A stretch of DNA of 64,000 nt from Thainema sp. (lineage in GTDB: Bacteria > Cyanobacteriota > Cyanobacteriia > Phormidesmidales > Phormidesmidaceae), in contig JBQLZK010000027.1 in NCBI GenBank assembly GCA_052168235.1, positions 19,536 through 83,535 of the forward strand. Reading direction: 5' to 3'. Below the pieces are notes generated by a model, which was not told the origin of the DNA, did no database searches, and saw nothing but the letters and a program-made list of their open reading frames with translations. The position numbers and the translations under genes were made by a program. This document shows positions 31,112-40,955 of this stretch, piece after piece (positions within the stretch are counted from its first letter, which is position 1; every line of letters starts with the position of its first letter).

Positions 31112-31936
31112 TTATTGATACCGCTCTAAGAAGTCCAATGCCTCATTGCGCAGTTCGTAGTACTCTCTAGACTCGCGCAGCTCATGACTATTACGGGGAC
31201 GGGGCAGAGGAATATCGAGTATCTGGCCGATTTTAGCGCCAGGGCCGTTAGTCATCATCACCACGCGATCGGACATAAAGATAGCCTCGTCTACATCATG
31301 GGTAATCATCATGACGGCCTGGGGATGCTGTCCCCAAATCTCCAGAACGTCTTGCTGAAGCTTGGGCCGAGTCAAGGCATCCAGTGCGCCAAAGGGTTCA
31401 TCTAGCAGCAGCATCTTGGGCCGAGTCGCCAAAGCCCGTGCGACTCCCACCCGCTGCTTCATGCCGCCTGATAGCTCATGGGGATATTTGTCGGCGGCAG
31501 CAGTGAGCTTCACCATCTCAATATGCTCATTCACAATTGAAACTTTGTCAGCTCGACTGGTAGTCTTGAACACTTCATCGACGGCCATGCGAATATTTTC
31601 TCGCACCGTCAGCCAGGGCAAGAGAGCATAGCCCTGAAATACCATCATCCGCTCTGAGCCCGGTTTACGAATGGTTCTGCCTTCCAGAATTGCTGCGCCA
31701 GCGGTTGGTTTTTCTAGGCCAGCCACAATTCGCATCAGAGTTGATTTGCCACAGCCAGAGTGCCCAATCACAGAGACATATTCCTGTGCGCCAATAGTCA
31801 GGTTGATGCCGTCCAGGACAACAAACTGGCTGCCATCTGGCTTACGAAAAGACTTGACTACGTTTTCAATGGCGAGAAAGGGTTCGGTTTGGGTAGGGTA
31901 AGCGCCGTTTGGCGTGACTGATCGCATAAAGGACAT
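31112..31936 (-). CDS. NrtD/CmpD/CynD-type ABC ATPase
   Basis: IGHSGCGKST, LSGGMKQRV, DEPFGALDALT, MMTNGP. Confidence 0.9.
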   Translation of the reverse strand: MSFMRSVTPNGAYPTQTEPFLAIENVVKSFRKPDGSQFVVLDGINLTIGAQEYVSVIGHSGCGKSTLMRIVAGLEKPTAGAAILEGRTIRKPGSERMMVFQGYALLPWLTVRENIRMAVDEVFKTTSRADKVSIVNEHIEMVKLTAAADKYPHELSGGMKQRVGVARALATRPKMLLLDEPFGALDALTRPKLQQDVLEIWGQHPQAVMMITHDVDEAIFMSDRVVMMTNGPGAKIGQILDIPLPRPRNSHELRESREYYELRNEALDFLERYQ

Positions 31937-32085
31937 GACAAATTCTCCCAGGTGTAAGGGTTAAGTCGTTTCGCTTCGGGGTGGTATTGCGGTAAGGCAG
32001 GTTGGTTAGGACATTGGGGAACGTCGGAACGTTGGAACGTTTAAACGTCTGAACGTGGAATCTCGTGGCTGTCTCGACAGAGTCC

Positions 32086-33516
32086 TTAGCTCATGATTTT
32101 TGGGACTACTTGCGTTTGGCTCAGGAAAAAGGTTTGGGGTGCGTTGGCGCGAATGTCAAAACTCTTGAGGTAGCCCGCTGGATCGCTTGGATCAAAGGAT
32201 TTGCCATCGATAAATGCTTCCCCTGGTTCCACTTTGTAATCCTCTGCTGGACAGGCAATGTCCATTTCGGCTGCAATTTCGCGATAGAGGTCTGTCTTCC
32301 AGGCTTGCCGAGCAATCTGATCGGCATTTTTCGGCAGGTCTGGAATTTGTCCCCAGCGGGCCGCTTGGGTCATCAGCCACAGGCTTTCGGACTGCCAGAG
32401 GAATGTGGAATGGTCGTTAGCCACAGTGGAGACGGAATCCGGCATGTCGAAAAACAGGGTTGTGTCTGGACTGTTTTTGATCCGAGATTTCCCGTCAAAG
32501 CCGCCGTAGCTGTAATTGCCGACGATGCCGGGTTGGGTATATTTGACGGCAGCTCCGGTAAATGAGCGTTGTGAGATGATGATGGCGACTTCTTTGCGGT
32601 TGGCTGGATCGCTACAGTACTGGCAGGCTTCGATCATGGCTTTAACCAGTGACCGATAGGTTTTGGGATAGTCCTGGATGAACGATTCGCGGACTGCAAG
32701 CAGGCGATCGGGGTGGCCGCGCCAAATTTCTCGTCCCTGTACAAAGGTAAAGCCAATGCCTTCGTTGCCGGAGATGGCGCGGGTGTTCCAGGGTTCTGCC
32801 ACCATGTAGGCTTGCATCGCTCCAATGCGGGTGTTGCTCACCATCTGGGGCGACGGGGTAATAATCAGCCGCAGGTCGCTCATGGGGTTGATACCCACAG
32901 CGGCGATTAGGTAGCGGACAAAGTATTCATAAATGGAGGAACTCAGGACGACAGCCCACACTCGGCTATCTAGAGGAGTGCTTTCCCAGTAGGTGCGCAG
33001 GTCGCGACCAAATGCCTCTAGGTCTCCGGCGTAGGTGTGCCAGGGTCTAACGCCGCCCTCCCAGAGTTGCCGATTCATGGTGAGGGCATTGCCGTGACGG
33101 TGGATCGTCATAGCGGCGCAGAGGGGAAACTGCCGTGCTCCTTCGGCTCCGGTACGCGCATTGGTGACGGCTCCAGAAACGACAGGTGAGGCATCCAAAC
33201 GGCCAAAGATGATGCCGTCGCGGGAGTTGCCCCAACTGGCTTCGCGGCTGAGGGTGACGTTGAGGCCGTATTTGCGGAAGAAGCCTTTTTCCCAGGCAAC
33301 GGCAAAGGGGGCACAGTCGTTAACCGGAACAAAACCGACGGTGATATTGGGTTTTTCTAAACTCGCCGGATCGATTACAGGCTCCATTGCTAGAGCGGCT
33401 TGGGGTAGACCGATTGGATTGTGAGTTTGGGTTTTACCACAGGCTGAAAATGCGATCGCAGTCGTCGTTGCGCCCATTCCTTGCAGGAAGGAACGCCGAG
33501 TCCATAGCGTATTCAT
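32086..33516 (-). CDS. NrtA/CmpA/CynA-family substrate-binding Tat lipoprotein
   Basis: TRRSFL twin-arginine motif plus FSAC lipobox; VAEPWN, WRGHPD. Confidence 0.88.
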   Translation of the reverse strand: MNTLWTRRSFLQGMGATTTAIAFSACGKTQTHNPIGLPQAALAMEPVIDPASLEKPNITVGFVPVNDCAPFAVAWEKGFFRKYGLNVTLSREASWGNSRDGIIFGRLDASPVVSGAVTNARTGAEGARQFPLCAAMTIHRHGNALTMNRQLWEGGVRPWHTYAGDLEAFGRDLRTYWESTPLDSRVWAVVLSSSIYEYFVRYLIAAVGINPMSDLRLIITPSPQMVSNTRIGAMQAYMVAEPWNTRAISGNEGIGFTFVQGREIWRGHPDRLLAVRESFIQDYPKTYRSLVKAMIEACQYCSDPANRKEVAIIISQRSFTGAAVKYTQPGIVGNYSYGGFDGKSRIKNSPDTTLFFDMPDSVSTVANDHSTFLWQSESLWLMTQAARWGQIPDLPKNADQIARQAWKTDLYREIAAEMDIACPAEDYKVEPGEAFIDGKSFDPSDPAGYLKSFDIRANAPQTFFLSQTQVVPKIMS

Positions 33517-33530
33517 GGTTTCCTCCAAGC

Positions 33531-34376
33531 CTAAGAGCGGGATGGACGGTGAGTAACTGCGGTCTGCAAACTAGCAAGGGCATAGTCCAGAATCAGTCCA
33601 GTAATGCCAATGACAAAGACCGCTAAAAATACAGAACTCACGTTTAAACGGTTCCATTCGTCCCAGACGAAAAAGCCAATGCCAATGCCGCCTGTGAGCA
33701 TTTCAACGGCCACAATGACGAGCCAAGCAATGCCCAAACTAATGCGTAATCCAGTAAAGATATACGGCAAACTAGCAGGCAAGATCACCTTGACAAGCTG
33801 CTTCCAGCGCGGCATTTCTAGCACCTGGGCGACTTCTAGATAGTCTTTCGGCACATTGCTGACGCCTTCAGCGGTATTGATAATGGTTGACCAGAGGGAG
33901 GTGATAAAAATGACGAAAATAGCCGACGGTTCCGCTGAGTTGAAGATGGCCAGCGCAATGGGCAACCAAACGAGCGGGGAAACGGGCTTGAATACTTGAA
34001 TAATTGGGTTGAGAGCTAACCAAGCATTGTGAGATAAGCCAATCCAGACGCCGACGGGAATCGCGACGACTGCGCCCAGCAAAAAGCCAATGCAGACGCG
34101 ACGTAAACTGGCCAGTAGCAACCAGCCCAAGCCCAAGTCGCCAGGGCCGCGATGGTAGAACGGGTGCAGGATAAAGTCTAAGTTTTTCGCCAGTGCCTCG
34201 GGTGGGGTGGGCATCATTTCGTGCCGGAACAACGCAATAATCCACCAGACGACGATTACGCCGACAAACCCGACGGTTGGTAGCAGAACTTCTGGCTTTA
34301 AGAAGCCACGAAACAGCCGCATGACAGAGCGGTTGGCGTTCATCGCCAAACTCATCAAAATCATGATTGGTTGCAC
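33531..34376 (-). CDS. NrtB/CmpB/CynB-type ABC permease
   Basis: PVSPLVWLP, IFTGLRISLGIAWLVIVAVEML, GFFVWDEWN. Confidence 0.9.
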   Translation of the reverse strand: MQPIMILMSLAMNANRSVMRLFRGFLKPEVLLPTVGFVGVIVVWWIIALFRHEMMPTPPEALAKNLDFILHPFYHRGPGDLGLGWLLLASLRRVCIGFLLGAVVAIPVGVWIGLSHNAWLALNPIIQVFKPVSPLVWLPIALAIFNSAEPSAIFVIFITSLWSTIINTAEGVSNVPKDYLEVAQVLEMPRWKQLVKVILPASLPYIFTGLRISLGIAWLVIVAVEMLTGGIGIGFFVWDEWNRLNVSSVFLAVFVIGITGLILDYALASLQTAVTHRPSRS

Positions 34377-34484
34377 CTTATTTTGAGTTGGACTTTATAC
34401 CTGAGAGTCCAAATAAGAATCCTGCTTAATCGGCATAATCTGCCCAAATCGTTCGGCGATTTGCCCGACAGATTGCCGTATCAC

Positions 34485-34632
34485 AGTCTTCTCCCAATGC
34501 CGACGAGGTTAGCTGACGGGCTAGGGCTGAGAGATGCCCTTTTTCAGAATGTCACGCTGAAAATACGCCCCGGTGCTCCTAAGAGCTTGGTTCCCCCGCT
34601 TTTCGCTGCTGCTGTATCCGATAGGATTAGAC
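34485..34632 (-). ncRNA. ydaO/c-di-AMP-type riboswitch upstream of the ABC transporter
   Basis: Minus strand GCGGGGGAACC...GGGGCGTAT...CCCGTCAGCTAACCTCGTCGGC. Confidence 0.82.
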
Positions 34633-34916
34633 AAACACAGCGAAAACTAGGCTGACTTACTCGGTATTCCAAAATTTGTAGCACTACTTTTCTAAAACTG
34701 TCAACAAAGATCCTGCCGTGTTGCTTGGGATGAGATTAGGTATGAGAACTAACGTTTAAACGTTCGAACGTTTTTAGCGTTTCTCAATGTCATAAAAAAT
34801 TAAAACCGTTTACTTTTGGAATTTGCATCAATCAAACGGTAGATTTATGTAAGTATTTGCTGACTCAAAATAGGCCAAATTAATTATGCAAAACTACAGA
34901 TTGAAATAGTAATTAA

Positions 34917-34964
34917 TGTAGCGTAAATTACATATTGACACTTTTATTTATTTAAATCTAAGCT
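34917..34964 (+). promoter_or_regulatory. NtcA box with adjacent sigma70-type promoter
   Basis: TGTA-N8-TACA at 34917-34932; TTGACA (34935)-18 nt-TAAGCT (34959). Confidence 0.7.
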
Positions 34965-34984
34965 TTAGATATCGAACAAGTCAG

Positions 34985-35142
34985 CCTAATCTAACTGCAC
35001 GGCCTTGTGCATTGCTGTTAGAACGGGGGAACCATTGAAGGGGCGTATTTCTGATTTCTTGATACCCAAATGAGGGTAATCAGAAAGGGACATCTCTCAG
35101 TCCTAGCCCGTCAGCTAACCTCGTCGGCATTGGGAGGAGATT
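34985..35142 (+). ncRNA. ydaO/c-di-AMP-type riboswitch upstream of the USP genes
   Basis: GAACGGGGGAACC...GGGGCGTAT...CCCGTCAGCTAACCTCGTCGGC. Confidence 0.85.
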
Positions 35143-35235
35143 GAATCGTCAGCATTTTTGCATGACTGTTTCAGTGTCCTAAGTCGTGTCACCACGACTC
35201 GTTCGCTGTTCATGTCTGGGCTCTAGGAGGGTCTC

Positions 35236-35826
35236 ATGCAGCTTAAATCACATGCTCATATTCCTGCCCAAAAGGGGCAGGCTATTTCTGTAGCCAATAT
35301 TCCGTCAACTGGCGACGGCCAATCTTCGCTAAAACCGATGATTATGCGGTTAGAAACGGCTTTAGGTCGTCGCAATTTGGATGAAAGTCTAATTTTATTG
35401 TCCGGGCCACCCAAAGCACCTGTTGAGCTTTTTTCAAAAACTAAAGTTACAAACTTGGTGGTGGGTTACAGCGGTTCCGCTCATAGCCAAGCAGCGCTTG
35501 ATTTGGCGCTGTGCATCGCGCACCAGACTCGTCTGGTCAAGCCCGATCCAGTGGTGGTGCATGTGGTGTACGTGGTTGATCAAACGCGTCCGAAAACGAT
35601 TGCGAATGCCGATCGCATTCTTTGGCAGGCTCGCTGTTTGGCTAGCGAATGGCGCGGTTCGTTACATGCCCATTTGCGGGTGGGGCATGTGGCAACGGAA
35701 CTCAGCCTCGTTGCGGAGGAAATGGAGGCGGATGTGTTGCTATTGGGCTGTTACACCTCGAACCATGCTTTGGTGAAGAAGTTGGCCGCTCAAACCCCCT
35801 GCTCTGTGCTGGGCTTGCCGCATTAG
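35236..35826 (+). CDS. Universal stress protein
   Basis: LVVGYSGSAHSQAALDLA, HLRVG, LLLGC. Confidence 0.8.
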   Translation: MQLKSHAHIPAQKGQAISVANIPSTGDGQSSLKPMIMRLETALGRRNLDESLILLSGPPKAPVELFSKTKVTNLVVGYSGSAHSQAALDLALCIAHQTRLVKPDPVVVHVVYVVDQTRPKTIANADRILWQARCLASEWRGSLHAHLRVGHVATELSLVAEEMEADVLLLGCYTSNHALVKKLAAQTPCSVLGLPH

Positions 35827-35832
35827 GAGGGG

Positions 35833-36354
35833 ATGATGAAATTCCAAAAAATTCTGGTTGCTCTCAATGATCCGGAGCAGGATCAGGTGGTATTTAACCA
35901 TGCCCTGAGCTTAGTGCAACCCGGCGAAAGTCATCTGAAGCTGGTGCACTGCTTAAGCTTGGATATTTACAAAAACCTGGGGTCGATGATGGATGCTGGA
36001 GCGGGATTGCGATCGCGCTCTGAGGTGCTGGAGGAAAATGAGGCAGATCAGCTAGAACAGGTTCAGGCGGCCCAGCCGTGGCTGGAAGACCTGCGCGATA
36101 GAGCTGTGAATCAGGATATTGCGGCAGATTTTGTCTGCGAAGTTGATGATCCAGGTCGATTGATTTGTCGCTTGGCACAAGACTGGAACGCTGATGTGAT
36201 GGTCGTTGGCAATAGCGGCAAGAAAGGCTTAAAGCGGCTCATGCTGGGCAGCGTTAGCAACCACGTGGTCAAACATGCCCCCTGCTTGACTATCGTGGTG
36301 CCTTGGGATGGCAGTTCACCGATTGAGTATTCGCCTGGAGAGGCGACGGAGTAA
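35833..36354 (+). CDS. Universal stress protein
   Basis: FQKILVAL, GNSGKKGLKRLMLGSVSNHVVKHAPC. Confidence 0.92.
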   Translation: MMKFQKILVALNDPEQDQVVFNHALSLVQPGESHLKLVHCLSLDIYKNLGSMMDAGAGLRSRSEVLEENEADQLEQVQAAQPWLEDLRDRAVNQDIAADFVCEVDDPGRLICRLAQDWNADVMVVGNSGKKGLKRLMLGSVSNHVVKHAPCLTIVVPWDGSSPIEYSPGEATE

Positions 36355-36407
36355 TTTGGCGTTAGACCCGGAGTAGTGAGTTGTTCGTTGTGTAGCAGCG
36401 GATGTGT

Positions 36408-36616
36408 TTAGGATCGTGAATTAAATAGCCTGTCAATCATTCCATCTGTAGGGACACGGCATTGCCGTGTCCCTACCCCAAAGATTTCACCTTATTAAAT
36501 TCATGTTCCTTAGCGTTAGGCGTATGATGCCCTCATCCCCCAACCCCTTCTCCCACAGGAGAAGAGGAGCCGGATCGGTAATCCTTCTCCTGCGGGAGAG
36601 GGATTTAGGGTGAGGG
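36408..36616. repeat. REP-like palindrome cluster
   Basis: GTAGGGACACGGCA..TGCCGTGTCCCTAC (36448-36476) inside an imperfect TIR, then CCCTCA...TGAGGG (36530-36616). Confidence 0.7.
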
Positions 36617-36626
36617 CAAGACACAC

Positions 36627-37340
36627 TTACGGATTGGCTAGTTGCGTGAGTCCTTTGCGATCGCACACTTTAACTGTTGTTCCTTCAACTTCAATCAGGC
36701 CCGCCTGACTGAGTTTGTAAAACGTGCGGGACAGGGTTTCGGGAATGGTGCCCAGAAGGGCGGCCAGTTGGCCTTTGGGTAAATCAAGCTGAATGGTGTC
36801 TACCGGAGTTGAAAATCCGTTGGCGTCATCTGTGTGATCGCATAAATCAAGCAGATACTGCGCTAAGCGCTGGGGCACTTCGGTAAACGAAAGGGTATCG
36901 ACTAAACTCGCCAGTCGTCGCAGGTGACGGGCGAAGTTGCTTAACAGTGAGATCGCAAGTTTAGGCTGCTGTTCTAAGACCATCAAAAATGCGGCGCGGG
37001 GTAGAAATAGCACCTGTGTCGGTTCCAGTGCCGCAGCCGAAGCAGGAAAGCAGCCGCCATCAAGGGCGGGCACCTCGGCAAAATATTCGTTTTCGCTAAA
37101 GATATGCAGAATTTGCTCTTTGCCGTTGGGCGCGAGTTTAAAGACTTTTACCCGTCCCGATTGGATGACAAATAGACCCGTTCCTTCATCTCCTTGCCAA
37201 AACAGCGTGTCGCCTTTGCCGTAGGTTTGGGGAATGATGATATTGGCTAAAGAGAGCAACTGTTCAGGCTCAATTCCTTGAAACAGCGGCGTTTGCTGGA
37301 GGAATGCTTGGACGGCTTGAATGCGATCGCTGACGCTCAT
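36627..37340 (-). CDS. Crp/Fnr family transcriptional regulator
   Basis: cNMP-type domain; HTH LAALLGTIPETLSR. Confidence 0.9.
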   Translation of the reverse strand: MSVSDRIQAVQAFLQQTPLFQGIEPEQLLSLANIIIPQTYGKGDTLFWQGDEGTGLFVIQSGRVKVFKLAPNGKEQILHIFSENEYFAEVPALDGGCFPASAAALEPTQVLFLPRAAFLMVLEQQPKLAISLLSNFARHLRRLASLVDTLSFTEVPQRLAQYLLDLCDHTDDANGFSTPVDTIQLDLPKGQLAALLGTIPETLSRTFYKLSQAGLIEVEGTTVKVCDRKGLTQLANP

Positions 37341-37353
37341 GAAAATCTGTACT

Positions 37354-37935
37354 CTAACCTGCACCCGCTTCTTTTAACATATCTACCACCGCATCGTGAT
37401 TCACCTCTGGATCAGATGCTGCGTTTAAGCTGCGGCATTCTTCGTCCTGCGCCTCGCTCAAGGCCGTGGCTCCATCTTGCGTCGTTGAGTTCACATCTGC
37501 CCCAGCCGTGATCAGGAGTTGAGTATAGTCGGGTAGCCCATAGCAGGCTGTAACCACCAGCGCCTCATTGAGCGTCGCAACGTCCGCCTTGCCCATTAGA
37601 TATGTCGCTATTTCTTGATGCCCCAGCGTAATGGCAGTGACGAGCATACTGTCATTAAAAACCGGATCAAAGACCTGATTGGGATTAACCCCTTTCTGCT
37701 CAACTAAATTCTGTACCTGCTTCAGTTCATTATCAATCACCGCATCATGCAGCATTTGATCCGGACTCGCAGCTCGGGAACCACTATCCGACTCCGGCAA
37801 TGATTTATTGGCCGCTGATACAGGTATCTCATCAGCGCTTTCGGTTGTGGGCTGGGATGCGCGATCGCAACCGGACAGGAATGTGACGGAGCTAATAAGT
37901 GCGATCGCAATCAACAGGGATTTTTTGACAGTCAT
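37354..37935 (-). CDS. Ankyrin-repeat lipoprotein
   Basis: Lipobox LSGC; LLITAGADVN...GATAL. Confidence 0.75.
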   Translation of the reverse strand: MTVKKSLLIAIALISSVTFLSGCDRASQPTTESADEIPVSAANKSLPESDSGSRAASPDQMLHDAVIDNELKQVQNLVEQKGVNPNQVFDPVFNDSMLVTAITLGHQEIATYLMGKADVATLNEALVVTACYGLPDYTQLLITAGADVNSTTQDGATALSEAQDEECRSLNAASDPEVNHDAVVDMLKEAGAG

Positions 37936-38273
37936 AGGATTTTGGTCAGGTGAGGGTAGGGAACGGGTACTGTTTGTTGTTAATGTACCGATCTGAGGGG
38001 GAGGGGAGTAGGGACTAGGGATCTTTACCTGTAGCCACGATTAGAGGTTGGGTATCAGGAGCAGGGGGGCAAGGGGGGCAGGGGAGCTTTTTTACTCATA
38101 GTCTCGACCGAGAGATCAGTGTTACCCCAGTTGACGCAGCAACCCTCTTCCATGTTTCAACAACACTGATTCAATTTCCCCTTTCTCCCCTGCTCCCCTT
38201 ACTCCCTCTACAGCCCTTTACAGCCTCAAAACCCTTTACATCCCTTCACTCCTCACTCCTCTCGCCTCACTCT

Positions 38274-39761
38274 CTACCGATGCCACTCCGTCACTCCACC
38301 AGGTTTATCAATCAGCGTAATTCCCTGAGCTTGTAGTTCGTCTCGAATGCGATCGCTTTCGGCAAAGTTCTTCGCCTTGCGTGCTTCCGTGCGCTGTTGA
38401 ATGAGCGAGTCAATATCGGCATCACTGAGATCGGAGGTGGATGTAGATTGCGATCGCGTATTGGGGTCAGCCTTTAATCCAAGTACCTCTGCTAAACAAA
38501 CTAACGTTTGCCAGTGTTGCCGCAGGGTATCCGGATCACCATCGGTTTGGCCTTGGTGGGTAATCACGTTGCCTTGACGACGCAGTTCTTTAGCCAGTTC
38601 AAACAGAACGGCTAAGCCTCCCGGCGTGTTGAAGTCGCTGTCCATTGCAGATTGGAACCGCTGTACATAGTCGCTGTCGCGGTCAATCCGCATCGCTGCC
38701 GGATCACCAAAGGCGGTATCCTGCACGTCCGGCCAGCCCAGCTTCTCGCCGAACTCGTAGCCAAACAGCAGTCCGTCTTGCAGGGTTTCCCAACTATTGT
38801 GGGCAGAGGTCATTGACTCTTCGGTAAAGTCAATTGGCTTGCGGTAGTTGCCTTGCAAGACAAATAGGCGCACGGCCATTGGATCAGGGCCGTTGGGCGC
38901 ATCCAGTAAATCCCGGATCGTGGTGAAATTGCCCAAAGATTTGGACATCTTTTCGCCGCCGACGTTGACCATGCCGTTGTGCATCCAGTAGGTCGCGAGG
39001 GAATGCCCGGTTGCCGCCTCTGACTGAGCGATTTCGTTTTCGTGGTGAGGAAAGACTAAATCGCCGCCGCCCATGTGAATGTCTACGGTGTCGCCAATGC
39101 GATCGCGGATCATGGCGGAGCATTCAATGTGCCAACCAGGACGACCCGCACCCCAAGGCGATTCCCAGGAAGGCTCGCCGGGTTTTGCGCCTTTCCAGAG
39201 GGCAAAGTCAAACGGGTCTTGTTTTTTGGGCGCATCTGGATCATCTGACACCCGACCACTGGCTCCGGCCTGCATGTCATCCAGCTTGCGACCTGAAAGC
39301 TTCCCGTAAGGGTCAAACTTACGCACGGAATAGTAAACATCTCCGGCTGAAGCGTAGGCATAGCCTTTTTGCTCTAGCTCGTGAATGAGCCGCTGAATGC
39401 CATTGAGCGTATGAGTGGCGCGGGGATATTCGTCCGCTTCGAGGACGTTGAGTCGCGCCATATCTTCTAGATAGGCTGCGGTGTAGCGCTCCGCCACCTC
39501 TTGCATAGTGGAGCCTTCCTGCTGTGCCCGATTGAGAATTTTGTCGTCGATATCGGTGAAGTTCTGCACATAATGCACATCGTAGCCGCGCCACATCAGA
39601 TAGCGCCGCACGGTGTCCCACACGATGTAGCAACGGGCATGACCCAAGTGTGAATAGTCATACACGGTGACGCCGCAGCAGTAGATCTGCACTTTGCCCG
39701 GTTCCAGGGTTTCAAAGGGTTCTTCGCGACGGGTAAGCGTGTTGTATATCGTCAGAGCCAT
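38274..39761 (-). CDS. cysS: Cysteine-tRNA ligase
   Basis: CGVTVYDYSHLGHAR, GRPGWHIECSAM, KMSKS. Confidence 0.98.
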   Translation of the reverse strand: MALTIYNTLTRREEPFETLEPGKVQIYCCGVTVYDYSHLGHARCYIVWDTVRRYLMWRGYDVHYVQNFTDIDDKILNRAQQEGSTMQEVAERYTAAYLEDMARLNVLEADEYPRATHTLNGIQRLIHELEQKGYAYASAGDVYYSVRKFDPYGKLSGRKLDDMQAGASGRVSDDPDAPKKQDPFDFALWKGAKPGEPSWESPWGAGRPGWHIECSAMIRDRIGDTVDIHMGGGDLVFPHHENEIAQSEAATGHSLATYWMHNGMVNVGGEKMSKSLGNFTTIRDLLDAPNGPDPMAVRLFVLQGNYRKPIDFTEESMTSAHNSWETLQDGLLFGYEFGEKLGWPDVQDTAFGDPAAMRIDRDSDYVQRFQSAMDSDFNTPGGLAVLFELAKELRRQGNVITHQGQTDGDPDTLRQHWQTLVCLAEVLGLKADPNTRSQSTSTSDLSDADIDSLIQQRTEARKAKNFAESDRIRDELQAQGITLIDKPGGVTEWHR

Positions 39762-39928
39762 GATGCACAGTCAGGGAGAACGTGTTCTATTTTTACTCAT
39801 ATCTGGCGCGAATACCTAATCGTGGCGTCAAGTCTAATGGCAAGCGCTATTCTGATGATAGTGACTGTTGCGGGCTTAGAGATACTAGACATCGACGGGA
39901 TATCGGCGGCTTTTGAAGGAGGAGGGAC

Positions 39929-40513
39929 ATGCCAGTAAAGGGGGATCTGCAAACGATTCTGAAAGAGAAATATGGCATTAACAAGAACATCAGCCAATCC
40001 TTGTCTACAGAGGATTGCGAAGCCATGCTGCTGCTATTGCAGAATCAGCCGAGCGCCCAAAAGCTAGTTGAATCCTTCATTGCCAAGAATGAAGAACTGA
40101 GCCGCAATAACCGTAACTTTGGTCAACAGCGCAGTCGAGCCGAGCAAAAGCTGAAAGATCTACAGGTTGAACATGAGAAATTGGAAAGTGCGATCGCAGC
40201 TTTAGAAAAGACCAATGCGTCACTGGGCAACCGTCGCGGTGAGTTATCGCAAGAGCAGCAACAACTAGAAGCCCAAATTCAGCAGTTAACCTCGCAAAAT
40301 CGAGCATTGTCGGGCAGGGTACAAAATCTTACGACGCAAAATGATGAGCTGATTGATGCCAACGAAAAGCTGAAGAAAGATAATAAAGACTTGAAAAATA
40401 TTGTTGACCAAATTCGCTTGCGGTTGGCGAGAGACACCAAAATGCTGCTGGAATATGAAGACAGCGAAATTCGCAAAGCGTTGATTCGGCTCTTCCGCTG
40501 GACTCTAGGATAG
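39929..40513 (+). CDS. Coiled-coil hypothetical protein
   Basis: Strong SD GGAGG; heptad-rich E/Q/K/L central region. Confidence 0.8.
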   Translation: MPVKGDLQTILKEKYGINKNISQSLSTEDCEAMLLLLQNQPSAQKLVESFIAKNEELSRNNRNFGQQRSRAEQKLKDLQVEHEKLESAIAALEKTNASLGNRRGELSQEQQQLEAQIQQLTSQNRALSGRVQNLTTQNDELIDANEKLKKDNKDLKNIVDQIRLRLARDTKMLLEYEDSEIRKALIRLFRWTLG

Positions 40514-40525
40514 AGAGCAACTGCT

Positions 40526-40951
40526 ATGGCTAGTCAAAAACGCCAACGCCGCACATTCAGCGGCATGAGCTATCGCGAAGTGCAGCGTTCCAATTCAGTC
40601 CGTCGCGATCAGCTGCCCAAGGCTGATCAGGCTTGGCTCAAAGCGCATGATTTTAAGAATGTCGGCTGGGATAATGTTATTCGGCTCTACCAAAAAATCA
40701 ATGAGCTATTTGCTCAATCGAACGACGACGATTTGAGTTTAGAAGAACTATTTCTGAAAGCCGATCAGATTGGTCAAACGTATCAAACATCTGCAGAAAT
40801 TGCCGCCTTTAATCAGCAAATGCAAACTGAGGTCAGCGCCATATCGGATTTAATCGATCAACAGTTTCCGGAAACAGAAATTGAGATAGTAGATTACAGT
40901 AAATCTGCCCGTTCTCCCATCAAGAATCAGCGGAAGAAGAACCGCCGGTAA
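40526..40951 (+). CDS. Hypothetical protein
   Basis: 12 bp after the previous gene; basic N- and C-termini. Confidence 0.75.
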   Translation: MASQKRQRRTFSGMSYREVQRSNSVRRDQLPKADQAWLKAHDFKNVGWDNVIRLYQKINELFAQSNDDDLSLEELFLKADQIGQTYQTSAEIAAFNQQMQTEVSAISDLIDQQFPETEIEIVDYSKSARSPIKNQRKKNRR

Positions 40952-40955
40952 GCTT

